This document shows positions 9,914 to 19,733 of a stretch of DNA of 64,000 bases, in pieces. Origin of the DNA: Candidatus Marinacidobacterales bacterium. GTDB taxonomy: Bacteria > Acidobacteriota > Vicinamibacteria > Marinacidobacterales > SMYC01. Location: the NCBI GenBank assembly GCA_965250115.1, contig CBDFNJ010000002.1:270966-334965 (forward strand). The letters run 5' to 3'. The notes beneath the pieces were generated by a model. It worked only from the letters and a program-made list of their open reading frames with translations, was not told where the DNA came from and did not search any database. Numbering within the stretch: position 1 is the stretch's first letter; each line of letters starts with the position of its first letter. A program made the translations under genes and the position numbers.

Positions 9914-10129
9914 TTAGCTGGTAGTGGCCTCGGATAGACGGTTAGCTCTTCGGTAGGCCGTATAGGCTGCGACGAAGTGGCATATCGCCCCGAGCGCGCC
10001 ACCGGTGCCGATCCATAGACCGGGCGTCACGATGAGCCAGAACAGCGCCCGGAAGAACTCACCGTTGTAGATCTGCCCGACGCCAGGAATCAGGAAGCTC
10101 AGGACCGCGGCAAGGCCCGGATCCTTCAC
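9914..10129 (-). CDS. TM2 domain small membrane protein
   Basis: LSFLIPGVGQIYNGE is typical of the TM2 (PF05154) family; two hydrophobic helices. Confidence 0.7.
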   Translation of the reverse strand: MKDPGLAAVLSFLIPGVGQIYNGEFFRALFWLIVTPGLWIGTGGALGAICHFVAAYTAYRRANRLSEATTS

Positions 10130-10136
10130 CTGCGCC

Positions 10137-10859
10137 TCAGTTCAGAAAGCCGCGGGTGAATACTTCCGTCAGCTCGTGCGCGAGCTGTTCCTCGGTCAAA
10201 GCACCATCCACTTTGTACCACTGGTATATCCAATTGAGCGCGCCCAGCAAAAAGAACGTCGCCGCCGTCGGGTCTAGCTCCTTGCGCGCCTTCCCGTCCT
10301 TCTGCAGTTGCCTAAGCAACGTTCTCACGTAGTCGATGTACTTCTTCTTCCGCTGCAGGATCTTTTCGCGATAGACGCCGGTGAGTGCGGTCCGCTCGTG
10401 CAGGACGATCGTGACTTCTCTGGGCCGAGTGAGCACCATGTGGACGTGGAGGCGAATGAGCTCGTAGAGAAGCTCCTTGGGATCCTTCAGTTTCGCCAGC
10501 GGCTCGACGACCGTCTCGTCGAGGAGGTCCAATCCGTAGTCAGTAATCAAGTAGAGCAGGTGCTCCTTGCTTTCGACGAAGTAGTAGAGGCCTGCCTTCG
10601 TGATGCCGACCTCGTCCGCGATGTCGCTCATCGACGTCGAGTCGTAGCCCTTCACGCAGAACAAGTGGGCCGCTTTCGCGAGAATCTGATCGCGCCGGTC
10701 GTTCAGAGGTGGTCGTCCCGCCTTGCCGCTTTCCGCTTTCTTGTTGACCACCAGCTCTCCTCGTCCCGTGGATTCTGTCAGGCCGAGGCTTCCCAGGCAA
10801 ACCCCACCTGCGTTACCGGCGGCGCCGACGCCCGGCCGGCTGACAGAGATCCGGTCCAC
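10137..10859 (-). CDS. TetR/AcrR family transcriptional regulator (true start probably internal, about 10755, GTG)
   Basis: RRDQILAKAAHLFCVKGYDSTSMSDIADEVGITKAGLYYFVESKEHL is a TetR_N HTH. Confidence 0.8.
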   Translation of the reverse strand: MDRISVSRPGVGAAGNAGGVCLGSLGLTESTGRGELVVNKKAESGKAGRPPLNDRRDQILAKAAHLFCVKGYDSTSMSDIADEVGITKAGLYYFVESKEHLLYLITDYGLDLLDETVVEPLAKLKDPKELLYELIRLHVHMVLTRPREVTIVLHERTALTGVYREKILQRKKKYIDYVRTLLRQLQKDGKARKELDPTAATFFLLGALNWIYQWYKVDGALTEEQLAHELTEVFTRGFLN

Positions 10860-10880
10860 TGAATCGTGAGGCTATTAGTA

Positions 10881-11516
10881 CTACGAGGTAGCCTCGAAGA
10901 TTTCTTGCTCGAGAGCCCGGCGCCGCGCCTCGTCGAGACCGAGTGCCGACGCCAGGTTTTCGAGCCAGGCCTTTTCGAGTTCGGTTGTCTCGGAGTCCGC
11001 AAGAACCACAAGGGCACCGAATCGAAAGAGCATCTCCTTTTCGTCCGGGTCCGCGACGCCGGCGCCGAGCTCGTTCGGCGACGGCGGGAGCACCATGTCC
11101 TTGTGGATCTGCTTGATTTGACCCGGGGCGAGGCCCGATTCACCGAGGCGGTTCTCGATGAGTTTTTTCTCCTCCGCGTGCATCTCCCCGTCGGCGAGGG
11201 CGCCGGCTACCATCGTCCTCACGATCCCGAACAACAAAGCTCGAGGGACCTCGGGCTCGGCTGCGACGGCCCGGGGGATCGGCGGGGGAGGTGGCACCGT
11301 GGTTCCAGGAACGGGCGGTATCGGTGGCAATGGCGGCGGCACCTTCGGTGTCTGTGAAGACGACGTTCCCATCTTGTCGGCTGCGAGGGTTCCGGCAATA
11401 GCGGCGCCGCCGAGCAGCACGAGATTCTTTCCGCCGATCGCTCGCACGAAGGGGCGCGCGTTGAAGCCGGTGGAGCTCTTGATTAGATCCGAAACGAGGC
11501 GATCCAGAAAAGCCAT
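10881..11516 (-). CDS. DUF533/TerB-like (tellurite-resistance-like) protein
   Basis: Pro-rich linker, then C-terminal GALADGEMHAEEKKLIENRLGE...LVVLADSETTELEKAWLENLASALGLD, which is a TerB-like helical domain. Confidence 0.65.
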   Translation of the reverse strand: MAFLDRLVSDLIKSSTGFNARPFVRAIGGKNLVLLGGAAIAGTLAADKMGTSSSQTPKVPPPLPPIPPVPGTTVPPPPPIPRAVAAEPEVPRALLFGIVRTMVAGALADGEMHAEEKKLIENRLGESGLAPGQIKQIHKDMVLPPSPNELGAGVADPDEKEMLFRFGALVVLADSETTELEKAWLENLASALGLDEARRRALEQEIFEATS

Positions 11517-11591
11517 ATTGCGTTCTTCCTCAGGGTACGACTACGCTAGCAATCCACGTATCATACCGTCGAGGGACGAGCTCAGCGGTAC

Positions 11592-11777
11592 TCATTCGTT
11601 CGCGAGTCGGTAGTCAAAGCGCTCGACCTCGAAGTCGCGCATTTCGACGTGGAATTCGATGGGCTCACAGCAGTTCTGGCAGTCCTCGACGAAATGCTGC
11701 CGGCCGCGCTCGGTGCTGATGCTTACGGCGGAGTGCTGCAGGCATGCGGGACAACAAAACGTCACGACTTCTTCCAT
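11592..11777 (-). CDS. CPXCG-motif cysteine-rich small protein (start taken at the internal Met, MEEVV...)
   Basis: CCPACLQH ... CQNCCEPIEF; four-Cys arrangement typical of the CPXCG family. Confidence 0.55.
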   Translation of the reverse strand: MEEVVTFCCPACLQHSAVSISTERGRQHFVEDCQNCCEPIEFHVEMRDFEVERFDYRLANE

Positions 11778-12649
11778 TGATTCCGTTTCGGGAGAATAGA
11801 GGCAGTGAGACCACAATACAAGAGGGCCCCTTCGAGACGAGGCGCTCCTTGATCGTTCGCCTTGCCTACGATGTCACCGGCGAGGGCGAGCCTCTCTTGC
11901 TATTGCACGGCCTCGGGGCTCATCGCGGTAGTTGGGACGACGTCCTTGCTCGTCTCGCCACCGAGTACCGAGTCTACCGGGCCGACCTCAAGGGGTTCGG
12001 CAGCTCGCCGAAGCCTCTCGACGAGCGATACGCGCTTCTCGATCAAGTTGCCTGTGTGCGGGAGCTCATCGCCGAGCTCGACGTCGCGAGACTCGCTTTG
12101 ATCGGCCACTCGCTCGGCGGTGCGGTGAGCCTCGTTCTCGCTGCGCAGGAGCCTTCCCTCGTGTCCCGCCTCGTGCTCCTCGGCGCTCCCGCCTATGCCT
12201 CCGACATCCCTCTCGCCCTCCGGCTCGCTCGCCATCGTCCGATGCAGTGGTTGTTGAAAAAGGCCCCAGTGAGTTGGCTTTTGCCTTTCGTTCTCTATCG
12301 CGTCTACAGGAATTGGAGCGTGCTGACGCCGGAGCGTATTCGCTCGTACCGCGAGCCACTGGATTCCGCGGGCGCCCGTCACGCCGTTATCCAGACGGCA
12401 CTGCGGGCCTCTCGAGATGAAGTCGAGAAGCTATCCGAACAGCATAGAAAGGTGACGTCGCCGACCCTTCTCGTCTGGGGTGCTCGAGACAGCATCATTC
12501 CAGTCTCTACCGGGACGCGGCTGGCCGAGGAGCTCCCGAACGCGCGGCTGGTTGCGATCCCGCGCTGCGGACACGTACCGCAAGAGGAGCGGCCTGACGA
12601 CACCGCGGAGGCGATCCTCTCGTTCCTGTCCGGGACTCAGAAGCTGTAA
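11744..12649 (+). CDS. Alpha/beta hydrolase (start uncertain; a TTG near 11848 is possible)
   Basis: LLLLHGLGAHRGSWDDV ... LIGHSLGGAVSL nucleophile elbow (GHSLGG); C-terminal His motif CGHVPQEE. Confidence 0.8.
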   Translation: MRDNKTSRLLPLIPFRENRGSETTIQEGPFETRRSLIVRLAYDVTGEGEPLLLLHGLGAHRGSWDDVLARLATEYRVYRADLKGFGSSPKPLDERYALLDQVACVRELIAELDVARLALIGHSLGGAVSLVLAAQEPSLVSRLVLLGAPAYASDIPLALRLARHRPMQWLLKKAPVSWLLPFVLYRVYRNWSVLTPERIRSYREPLDSAGARHAVIQTALRASRDEVEKLSEQHRKVTSPTLLVWGARDSIIPVSTGTRLAEELPNARLVAIPRCGHVPQEERPDDTAEAILSFLSGTQKL

Positions 12650-12683
12650 TTCTCATGTATGATCTCCGTGAGAGCGTCCAAGC

Positions 12684-13541
12684 ATGACCTCCACCGCTCG
12701 CTGGACGCGCATGCGAACCGGGCTGGTGAAGCTCGGGTTGTTGGCCATTCTCGGCGGAGGCTTTTCCGCGGCGATCGCGCAATACGGCGGCGGCTGGCGG
12801 AACCGCGTGGCACCCAGGTTCGCCGAGCCGAACGCCCCATCGAACGGCTCTTTCACGTTCTGCCGCATCCTTTACGAGAGCGTGCGGGATGAGGCTTCCG
12901 GCTCCGGCTGGAGCACGGACTATCCGTATTCAGATATCAATTTCATGACGCGGTTTTCGCAGCTGACCAAAGCCGAGATCCGCCGCGATGGGGACGGGAT
13001 GCCGGAGCACGTCGTGGTGACGCTCCTGGGCGATACGATCTACGACTATCCGTTCGTCTTCATGTCAGACGTCGGTACCGTCGGGTTCACTCCGATCGAA
13101 GTCGAGCGGCTCCGTGATTATCTCTCGAAAGGCGGCATCCTTTACGTGGACGACTTCTGGGGAGAAGCCGCGTGGGAGCATTGGAAGCACCAAATCGGGA
13201 TAGTCCTTCCACACGATGATTACCCCATTGTCGACATCCCTTCGGATCACACGATCTTTCGCACCTTCTTTACCATCCGTGAAATCCCTCAGATCCCCTC
13301 CATCCGCCACTGGCGGCGCTCGGGACGAAGAAGCACGTCAGAGAGAGGACGTGAGACTGCGGCGCCTCATTTCCGAGGCATCTTCGACGCGAACGGGCGT
13401 TTGATGGTCATCATGACGCACAATACCGACATCGCCGATGGATGGGAGCGGGAGGCGTATTGGGACGAATACTTCTATCGTTTTTCGGTGAAGGCCTATC
13501 CGGTCGGCGTCAACATTGCGATCTATGCGATGACCCACTGA
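12684..13541 (+). CDS. DUF4159 domain protein
   Basis: Signal peptide, then FTFCRILYESVRDEASGSGWSTDYPYSDINFM, matching the DUF4159 N-terminal signature. Confidence 0.7.
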   Translation: MTSTARWTRMRTGLVKLGLLAILGGGFSAAIAQYGGGWRNRVAPRFAEPNAPSNGSFTFCRILYESVRDEASGSGWSTDYPYSDINFMTRFSQLTKAEIRRDGDGMPEHVVVTLLGDTIYDYPFVFMSDVGTVGFTPIEVERLRDYLSKGGILYVDDFWGEAAWEHWKHQIGIVLPHDDYPIVDIPSDHTIFRTFFTIREIPQIPSIRHWRRSGRRSTSERGRETAAPHFRGIFDANGRLMVIMTHNTDIADGWEREAYWDEYFYRFSVKAYPVGVNIAIYAMTH

Positions 13542-13550
13542 CCTTCGAAC

Positions 13551-14456
13551 CTATTGGCGCGAAGTTCCCGAGAAGAGAACGTGGCTCGGTAGCTTGCGTT
13601 CGAGGAAGCGCTCCATGCTTCGAGAAGCTTCCATGATGGGCTCGAGGTCGATGCCGGTCTCGATACCCATCTCCTCACACATGTTCACGAGATCCTCGGT
13701 CGGGATGTTGCCGGTCGCGGTCGTGATGACCGGGCAACCGCCGAGTCCGCCGATGGCGGCGTCGAAGGTGTCGATGCCCTCTTGCATGCCGGCAAGCACG
13801 TTCGCGAGACCGAGACCGCGCGTGTTGTGGATGTGAAGAGAGAGGACGACGTTCGGGTCGAGAGACGCGCGTAGCTGCGCGATGAGCCGCTCGACCTGTG
13901 CCGGGTTCGCGAGCCCCACGGTATCGGCGATCGCGATCTCACGGACGCCCATCGTCTGAAACGTCTTGGCGAGCTCGAGGACGCGGGATTCGGGAATCGT
14001 CCCTTCGAAGGGGCAGCCGAAAGCGACGCCGATCGCGACCTCCACGGGAATCTCGGCTTCCGCCGCAACACCCACGATGGCTTCGCAGGCGGCGACGGAG
14101 TCCGCGACCGCCATCCGCACGTTTCTTTGATTGTAGGTCTCACTCGCGCAGACGACGAGTCGCATCGCGTCGACCCGGGACGCGAGCGCGCGCTTCGCGC
14201 CTTTCTCGTTGGGGATGAGCGCCGTATAGGCGATCCCGGGCGCACGCTCGATCCGGGCCATCACATCGGAGGCGTCCGCCATCTGGGGCACGGCTTTCGG
14301 GCTCACGAAGGACGTCGTCTCGATCTTGCGAACACCGCTTCGCGAGACCGCGTCGATCACAGCTATCTTGAGCTCCGTTGGAATGAAGGCCTGCTCCATC
14401 TGAAAGCCGTCGCGGGGTCCGACTTCGACGACATGGATCCTGGAGGGGACGTTCAT
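13551..14456 (-). CDS. Hydroxymethylglutaryl-CoA lyase
   Basis: VEVGPRDGFQME ... ETTSFVSPKAVPQMAD ... HIHNTRGLGLANVLAGMQEG, the HMGL-like TIM-barrel motifs. Confidence 0.85.
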   Translation of the reverse strand: MNVPSRIHVVEVGPRDGFQMEQAFIPTELKIAVIDAVSRSGVRKIETTSFVSPKAVPQMADASDVMARIERAPGIAYTALIPNEKGAKRALASRVDAMRLVVCASETYNQRNVRMAVADSVAACEAIVGVAAEAEIPVEVAIGVAFGCPFEGTIPESRVLELAKTFQTMGVREIAIADTVGLANPAQVERLIAQLRASLDPNVVLSLHIHNTRGLGLANVLAGMQEGIDTFDAAIGGLGGCPVITTATGNIPTEDLVNMCEEMGIETGIDLEPIMEASRSMERFLERKLPSHVLFSGTSRQ

Positions 14457-14478
14457 CGACCCATGTTAGCATTCCGCC

Positions 14479-15687
14479 GTGAAGGAACAACGGTCCGGTC
14501 CGCTGAGCGGTCTGCGGGTTCTCGAGATGGGGCAGCTCCTCGCGGGACCTTTCGCCTCGGCCTTCCTGGCGTGGTTCGGGGCGGAGGTCATCAAAGTAGA
14601 GCCTCCCGGAACTGGCGATCCACTTCGCTACTGGCGGCGCTTGCACGAGGGTACCTCGCTCTGGTGGACCATCATGGGCCGCAACAAGAAGAGCGTCACT
14701 CTGAATCTCAGGACGGCGAAAGGTCAGGACTTGGCTCGGCGTCTCGCGAGCCGCGCCGATGCCGTCATCGAGAATTTCAAGCCTGGAACATTGGAGAAGT
14801 GGGGCCTTGGCTACGAGGAACTGAAGAAGGACAACCCGGGCCTCGTTCTCGTCCGCGTGTCGGGCTGGGGGCAAACGGGTCCAATGAGCGCGAAGCCCGG
14901 ATATGCCTCGGTCGCGGAGGGCGTCGGCGGCATGCGCTACGTCACCGGCTATCCCGAGCAGCCTCCGGTTCGGGCCAACCTTAGCCTGGGGGACACGATT
15001 GCCGGACTCGACGCCGCGCTCGGTCTTCTGACCGCGCTCTACAACCGGGACCACGAGGGGAAGGGACGCGGCCAAGTCGTGGACGTCGCCATCTACGAGG
15101 CGGTGTTCAACATGATGGAGAGCGCGCTCCCCGAATACGATCTGAAAGGCGAGATTCGCGAGCCGCAGGGCTCGAAGTTGAGCGGCATCGTTCCCTCCAA
15201 TACCTACCGCTGCGGCGACGGGCGCCACATCATTATCGGCGGTAACGGTGACAGCATCTTCAAGCGTCTGATGACGGCGGCGGGGCGTGAGGATTTGGCG
15301 AACGACGAGCGACTAGCTCACAACGACGGGCGCGTGCTTCACGAAAAGACGATCGATGACGCGATCGCGGCCTGGACGGCGGCGCAGACTTTCGAGGAGA
15401 CCCTCGTGGCGCTCGAAGCCGCCCAGGTGCCCGCCGGTCCCATCTACAGCATCGAGGACATCGCCAAGGACCCACACTATCAAGCACGCGGCATGTTCGA
15501 GGAAGCGACATTGTCCGACGGGACGAAAGTGAAGCTCCCGACTCTCGCGCCCAAGCTCGACGAAACTCCCGGCGGCACCCGCTGGATCGGACCCAAGCTC
15601 GGCGCACACAACGAGGAGATCTATACGGATCTCTTGGGCCTGAGTCCCGAGGAGCTCGCGGCGCTACGCGATGAAGGGATCGTCTGA
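14479..15687 (+). CDS. CoA transferase family III (CaiB/BaiF/Frc-like)
   Basis: LSGLRVLEMGQLLAGPFASAFLAWFGAEVIKVEPP is the canonical family III N-terminus. Confidence 0.85.
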   Translation: MKEQRSGPLSGLRVLEMGQLLAGPFASAFLAWFGAEVIKVEPPGTGDPLRYWRRLHEGTSLWWTIMGRNKKSVTLNLRTAKGQDLARRLASRADAVIENFKPGTLEKWGLGYEELKKDNPGLVLVRVSGWGQTGPMSAKPGYASVAEGVGGMRYVTGYPEQPPVRANLSLGDTIAGLDAALGLLTALYNRDHEGKGRGQVVDVAIYEAVFNMMESALPEYDLKGEIREPQGSKLSGIVPSNTYRCGDGRHIIIGGNGDSIFKRLMTAAGREDLANDERLAHNDGRVLHEKTIDDAIAAWTAAQTFEETLVALEAAQVPAGPIYSIEDIAKDPHYQARGMFEEATLSDGTKVKLPTLAPKLDETPGGTRWIGPKLGAHNEEIYTDLLGLSPEELAALRDEGIV

Positions 15688-15710
15688 GCTCTCGTGATGA
15701 TACAGGGCCA

Positions 15711-16274
15711 CTAGGTGGCGGGAAACCCAGGGTCGGTCTTGATGCGCTCGATCTGCCTCGCGTGACGTCGCTCGTGCCAGCCGGTCACGAGAACCCATTG
15801 GTAGGTATTGAAGTTGCCGAAGAGCGGATGCCGATAGGTCAGGCCGGAAAGGTCGAACGCTGACAAGGCTTCGAAGCTCGTCAAGAGAGCCAGCCGGGAC
15901 GCCTGGAGCCGCGGGAGTGCTTCCGCTGTGGCGAGCTCCGACTTTGGCATGACGATCTCGGGAGCCTCAGCCTTGCCACCGTCGGCTCTTGCCACCGCAC
16001 GATCGATCGAATCGATCACAGAACCGTTGGGATCGGGATCCGGCGGTGGAGACAGCTCTTGCGCCTTTCGGAGCATGCGCGCCAAGAGTTTGACGCAAGC
16101 CTCCTCCGTCAGCACGAGATGATGGAGGACATCTTCGATGGACCAGGTACCCGGCGCCGGCCGGTAGGACAGTTGAGCACTCCCGAGACCTTCGAGAGCG
16201 CCGAGAAGCTCGCGCCTTGCAATCGCGATGCGCGCCGCGATCTCTTCGGTTTTCGGTGACCTTAGTTTCGGCAT
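15711..16274 (-). CDS. DinB/DUF664-like four-helix-bundle protein (start taken at the internal Met, MPKLRS...)
   Basis: ELLGALEGL...WSIEDVLHHL...HERRHARQI, a DinB_2-like metal-binding His pattern. Confidence 0.6.
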   Translation of the reverse strand: MPKLRSPKTEEIAARIAIARRELLGALEGLGSAQLSYRPAPGTWSIEDVLHHLVLTEEACVKLLARMLRKAQELSPPPDPDPNGSVIDSIDRAVARADGGKAEAPEIVMPKSELATAEALPRLQASRLALLTSFEALSAFDLSGLTYRHPLFGNFNTYQWVLVTGWHERRHARQIERIKTDPGFPAT

Positions 16275-16329
16275 TGTGAGCGCCCCGGAGATCGGAACTA
16301 TACTAGGTCCCTTTTCGGAGGTACCAGTG

Positions 16330-17571
16330 ATGCTAACGACGAAAGCACTTATCGCTACCACCGCCTTCGCTATAGCAGTTGGACTGAGCTTGTCGGCAGC
16401 CGTCGCACAGCAGTCGGAGCCGGATGACGACGTGAGGACTCTCGTCAGCCGTTTGGATCTCGACCACTACAAGGCGACGCTCAAAGGCCTGACGCAATTC
16501 GGCGATCGCCAGCAGGGCACGAAACGCAATCGCGACGCCGTCGATTGGATCGAAGCACGGTTGAAAGCCTTTGGTTGCACGACCACCGAGCGTCTCGACT
16601 ACGTGTTCGACCCACCTCCCCGGGAGCGCCGCAGGCGGCCCCAAGGGGAGTTGAACCCATCGGGTGGAACCCCGACCGGCGGGCGAATTGGCCGTAATGG
16701 TTCGGGCCCAGGAGGAGCCTCCATCTACGGTTACCGAGCGCGAACCGGCGGGAGCACCGATCCGATGGTGCAACCGGACGAGGTGCTGCGCGAGCTGAAC
16801 CGTGAGCCCGCGACGAACGGTCCGCGCCAGGAGGTGTATTGCACGAAGATCGGAACGACGCATCCCGATGAGATGTACATCCTCGGGGGCCACATGGACG
16901 GCCACGGCAGGGGTGAGGCGGCGAATGACGATGGCTCGGGGACGGCGCTCATCATGGAGCTCGCGCGCGTCTTCAACGCGCCGGACGTCGTGACGGAGCG
17001 TTCGATCCGTTTCGCCCTGTGGAACAACGAGGAAACGGGCCTCAATGGCGCCCAAGCCTACGTCGAGCAGCGCGGAGAGCTGCAGGGGAAGGAGGATCCC
17101 CCCGGCTCGGGCCGGTACCCGGAGCCGAGATGGTTGGGCATGATCCAGCACGACATGATGCTCTTCGACCACGGCGCTCCGAGAGCCGACGGCACCGTGA
17201 GCCGCGATCAGCGGCCGGAGGCGGACGTAAACATCGAGTTTCAGTCGACGGCGGACTTGGCGGATGAGGCCCGGGATCTCGCGTTCTTCTTCAAGGCGGC
17301 GAACGACGCCTACGCGACCGACTATCCCGCGACGGTCGGACCGCACATGACGGCCACGGATTCCACGTCGTTCATGAACTTCGTGCCTTCGATCAGTCTG
17401 CGTGAGAGCGAGCGCGGCGCCCAGATCCAGGCGGGTTGGGATCCTCACTGGCACCAGCCGACGGATCTCTATTCCACCTTTTCCGATGACGATTTTCGCC
17501 TCGGCTTGAATGCCGGGCAGACGACGCTCGCGGCTATCGCGCAGCTCGCGGGCGCGAAGATCTCCCGCTGA
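16330..17571 (+). CDS. M28 family peptidase, secreted
   Basis: Signal peptide MLTTKALIATTAFAIAVGLSLSAAVAQ. ILGGHMDGHGRGEAANDDGSGTALIMELARVF ... FALWNNEETGLNGAQAYV matches the M28 Zn ligands. Confidence 0.8.
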   Translation: MLTTKALIATTAFAIAVGLSLSAAVAQQSEPDDDVRTLVSRLDLDHYKATLKGLTQFGDRQQGTKRNRDAVDWIEARLKAFGCTTTERLDYVFDPPPRERRRRPQGELNPSGGTPTGGRIGRNGSGPGGASIYGYRARTGGSTDPMVQPDEVLRELNREPATNGPRQEVYCTKIGTTHPDEMYILGGHMDGHGRGEAANDDGSGTALIMELARVFNAPDVVTERSIRFALWNNEETGLNGAQAYVEQRGELQGKEDPPGSGRYPEPRWLGMIQHDMMLFDHGAPRADGTVSRDQRPEADVNIEFQSTADLADEARDLAFFFKAANDAYATDYPATVGPHMTATDSTSFMNFVPSISLRESERGAQIQAGWDPHWHQPTDLYSTFSDDDFRLGLNAGQTTLAAIAQLAGAKISR

Positions 17572-17587
17572 CCTTCAACCTCCGCCC

Positions 17588-18571
17588 TCACGAGCGCGTC
17601 AAGTGCTTCACGATCTTCTGACCGTGAAAGCGCCCGTTCTCGATGAAGATCTTGTTGGTCTGCCGGCCCGCCACGATCCCGCCGGCGAGGTAAATGCCGG
17701 AGACGTTCGTCTCGCAAGTCTCAGGATCGACCTCGGGCTTGCCGCTCCCACGATCGATTCGGATCCCCATCGAGTCCAGAAACCCGTAGTCCGGCTGGTA
17801 GCCGGTGAGCGCGAGCACGGCGTCGTTCGCGATATTGAATCGTTTGCCCTTGCGCTTCAAACGGAGCTTGTCCGGAAGAATCTCTTCGACCTCGGTCTCG
17901 AGATAGGCGGGGATCTCTTTCCGCTCGATGCGATTGAGGATATCCGGTCGAACCCAGTACTTGATGTGGGTCGAGAGCTCCTGGCTGCGGTGGATCAGCG
18001 TCACCTCGACGCCGGAGCGATAGAGCTCGAGCGCCGTTTCGGCCGCGGAGTTGGCGCCGCCGATGACGGCCGTCCTCAGGCCGTAGTAAGGATGCGGCTC
18101 CGTGAAGTAGTGCGAGACCTTCGGGAGATCCTCACCGGGAACCCCGAGAAGGTTCGGGTTGTCGTAGTAACCCGTCGCGACGACGAGCTTTTTCGCCGTA
18201 ATGGCTTCGGGCTCTCCGACTTGCCCCCGCTGGTAGGAGCTCTTCAGCTCGAAGTGGCCATTTACGGCCCGCGCTTGCTCGACACGCTCGTAGAGCCGAG
18301 TCTGGAGGCGGAAGTGCTCCGTCACGAGCCGGTAGTACTTGAGAGCTTCCAGCCGGTTTGGTTTTTCCCGGGAGCATACGAGAGGGAGTTCCCCGATCTC
18401 GAGAAGGCCCGGTGTCGTAAAGAACACCATATTGACGGGAAACCGTCGTATGGCGTCGACGAGAGAGCCCTTCTCGATGATGATGTAGGAGAGTCCGTTG
18501 CGGGTACATTCGATGGCGGTCGCGAGCCCGCTCGGTCCTCCTCCAATAATGGCGACGTCGAAATCCGGCAT
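17588..18571 (-). CDS. YpdA-family-like FAD/NAD(P)-binding oxidoreductase, a thioredoxin-reductase-like putative bacillithiol-disulfide reductase
   Basis: DVAIIGGGPSGLATA Rossmann motif and a second GGANSAAE motif; about 325 aa; overall similarity to YpdA-type proteins. Confidence 0.65.
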   Translation of the reverse strand: MPDFDVAIIGGGPSGLATAIECTRNGLSYIIIEKGSLVDAIRRFPVNMVFFTTPGLLEIGELPLVCSREKPNRLEALKYYRLVTEHFRLQTRLYERVEQARAVNGHFELKSSYQRGQVGEPEAITAKKLVVATGYYDNPNLLGVPGEDLPKVSHYFTEPHPYYGLRTAVIGGANSAAETALELYRSGVEVTLIHRSQELSTHIKYWVRPDILNRIERKEIPAYLETEVEEILPDKLRLKRKGKRFNIANDAVLALTGYQPDYGFLDSMGIRIDRGSGKPEVDPETCETNVSGIYLAGGIVAGRQTNKIFIENGRFHGQKIVKHLTRS

Positions 18572-18575
18572 GGGA

Positions 18576-19664
18576 TCAGGGGATCTTCTCGACGCGGACT
18601 CGCCGAAGGGCGACCCGTGCCAGAGGCGTTTCTCCGTCGATTGGCACGGCCTCGATCGCTTGAACGACGTTCATGCCGTCGACGACGTGGCCGAAGACCG
18701 TATAGTTATTATCGAGCGACGAGGCGATCCCCGTCACGATGAAGAAGGACGTATCGGCGCTCGCGGGGTCATCTCCGTGTGCCATGGAAAGAATCCCCGG
18801 AACGTGGAGGGTCGAGTTGAACTCGGGCTCGAGGCTCGTAACGTACTTCATGACGCGGTCCGGCACGGGCTCACTCCGCGTATCGAGCCAGCCAGTCTGG
18901 ATCACGAAACCCGGAACGATGCGGTGAAACGAAACACCATCGTAGGCACCGATCTGAGCGAGCCGCAAGAAATTTCGTACGTGGTTCGGGGCTCGGTCAG
19001 GGAACAGTTCGAGGGTGATGTCGCCGAATGAGCTCTCGAGAACCGCTCGGTAAGTCGAGATCTCCTCCACCGATTCCGTCGAGAACGGCGGAATCTCCGG
19101 TGGCGGGCGATCGCGCAAGGTGATGTCGAGGATCTCGACGCGCTCGAGCGCCTTGCCGTTCTCGTCTGCCGGAATCTCCGAGATCTTCCGCACCACCCGC
19201 ATTCCCTCGACGACGCGGGCGAATACCGTGTACTGTCCGTCGAGGGACGCCTGCTTGGTGACGACGACGAAAAACTGAGACCCGGCGCTGTCCGGCCGGC
19301 CCGGGATCTGTACGGCCGAAACCGCCCCCGCCGCATGCTTCTCGTCGTTGAGCTCTCTCGCGAGCAGGCCCAGCCCGCTGGTTCCGTAGTCTTGCCGAGC
19401 GTCGGGATCCTTCGTCTTGGGATCGCCACCCTGGATGATGCCGTACTTGATCACGCGGTGGAACGACGTATGGTCGTAGGCGTCCTCTTCGACCATCTTG
19501 ATGAAATAGCCGACGTGGTTCGGCGCTTTCTCAGGCAGGAGATCGAGCACGATCTCGCCCACCGTGGTCTCGAGGTGTGCGCGTTTCTGCATCTCCTCGA
19601 GAGCCTTGGGCGTCTCGAAAAGGCCTTGCGAGACGGAGAGCGCAAAGATGACTACGAGCTTCAT
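18576..19664 (-). CDS. Peptidyl-prolyl cis-trans isomerase with two tandem cyclophilin-type domains, secreted
   Basis: I re-framed this. The track's 938-aa ORF is a high-GC read-through; the real gene starts at MKLVVIFALSVSQG (ATG 19664, GGAGGA ribosome-binding site). Cyclophilin motifs FHRVI..G.IQGGD and FHRIVPGFVIQTG appear twice. Confidence 0.85.
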   Translation of the reverse strand: MKLVVIFALSVSQGLFETPKALEEMQKRAHLETTVGEIVLDLLPEKAPNHVGYFIKMVEEDAYDHTSFHRVIKYGIIQGGDPKTKDPDARQDYGTSGLGLLARELNDEKHAAGAVSAVQIPGRPDSAGSQFFVVVTKQASLDGQYTVFARVVEGMRVVRKISEIPADENGKALERVEILDITLRDRPPPEIPPFSTESVEEISTYRAVLESSFGDITLELFPDRAPNHVRNFLRLAQIGAYDGVSFHRIVPGFVIQTGWLDTRSEPVPDRVMKYVTSLEPEFNSTLHVPGILSMAHGDDPASADTSFFIVTGIASSLDNNYTVFGHVVDGMNVVQAIEAVPIDGETPLARVALRRVRVEKIP

Positions 19665-19733
19665 GACTCCTCCCGAAACGGTATTATATAAGAAGCCCTC
19701 CAGACGCCCTTCTCGGGAAAACAAGGAGATTCG

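Noticed and set aside
13685-14245. Several alternate-frame ORFs inside the HMG-CoA lyase and CoA-transferase genes (e.g. 13685..14245, 14127..14984, 14140..15228)
   Set aside because: Arg/Pro/Ser-rich translations typical of off-frame high-GC DNA. The annotated frames carry the enzyme motifs.
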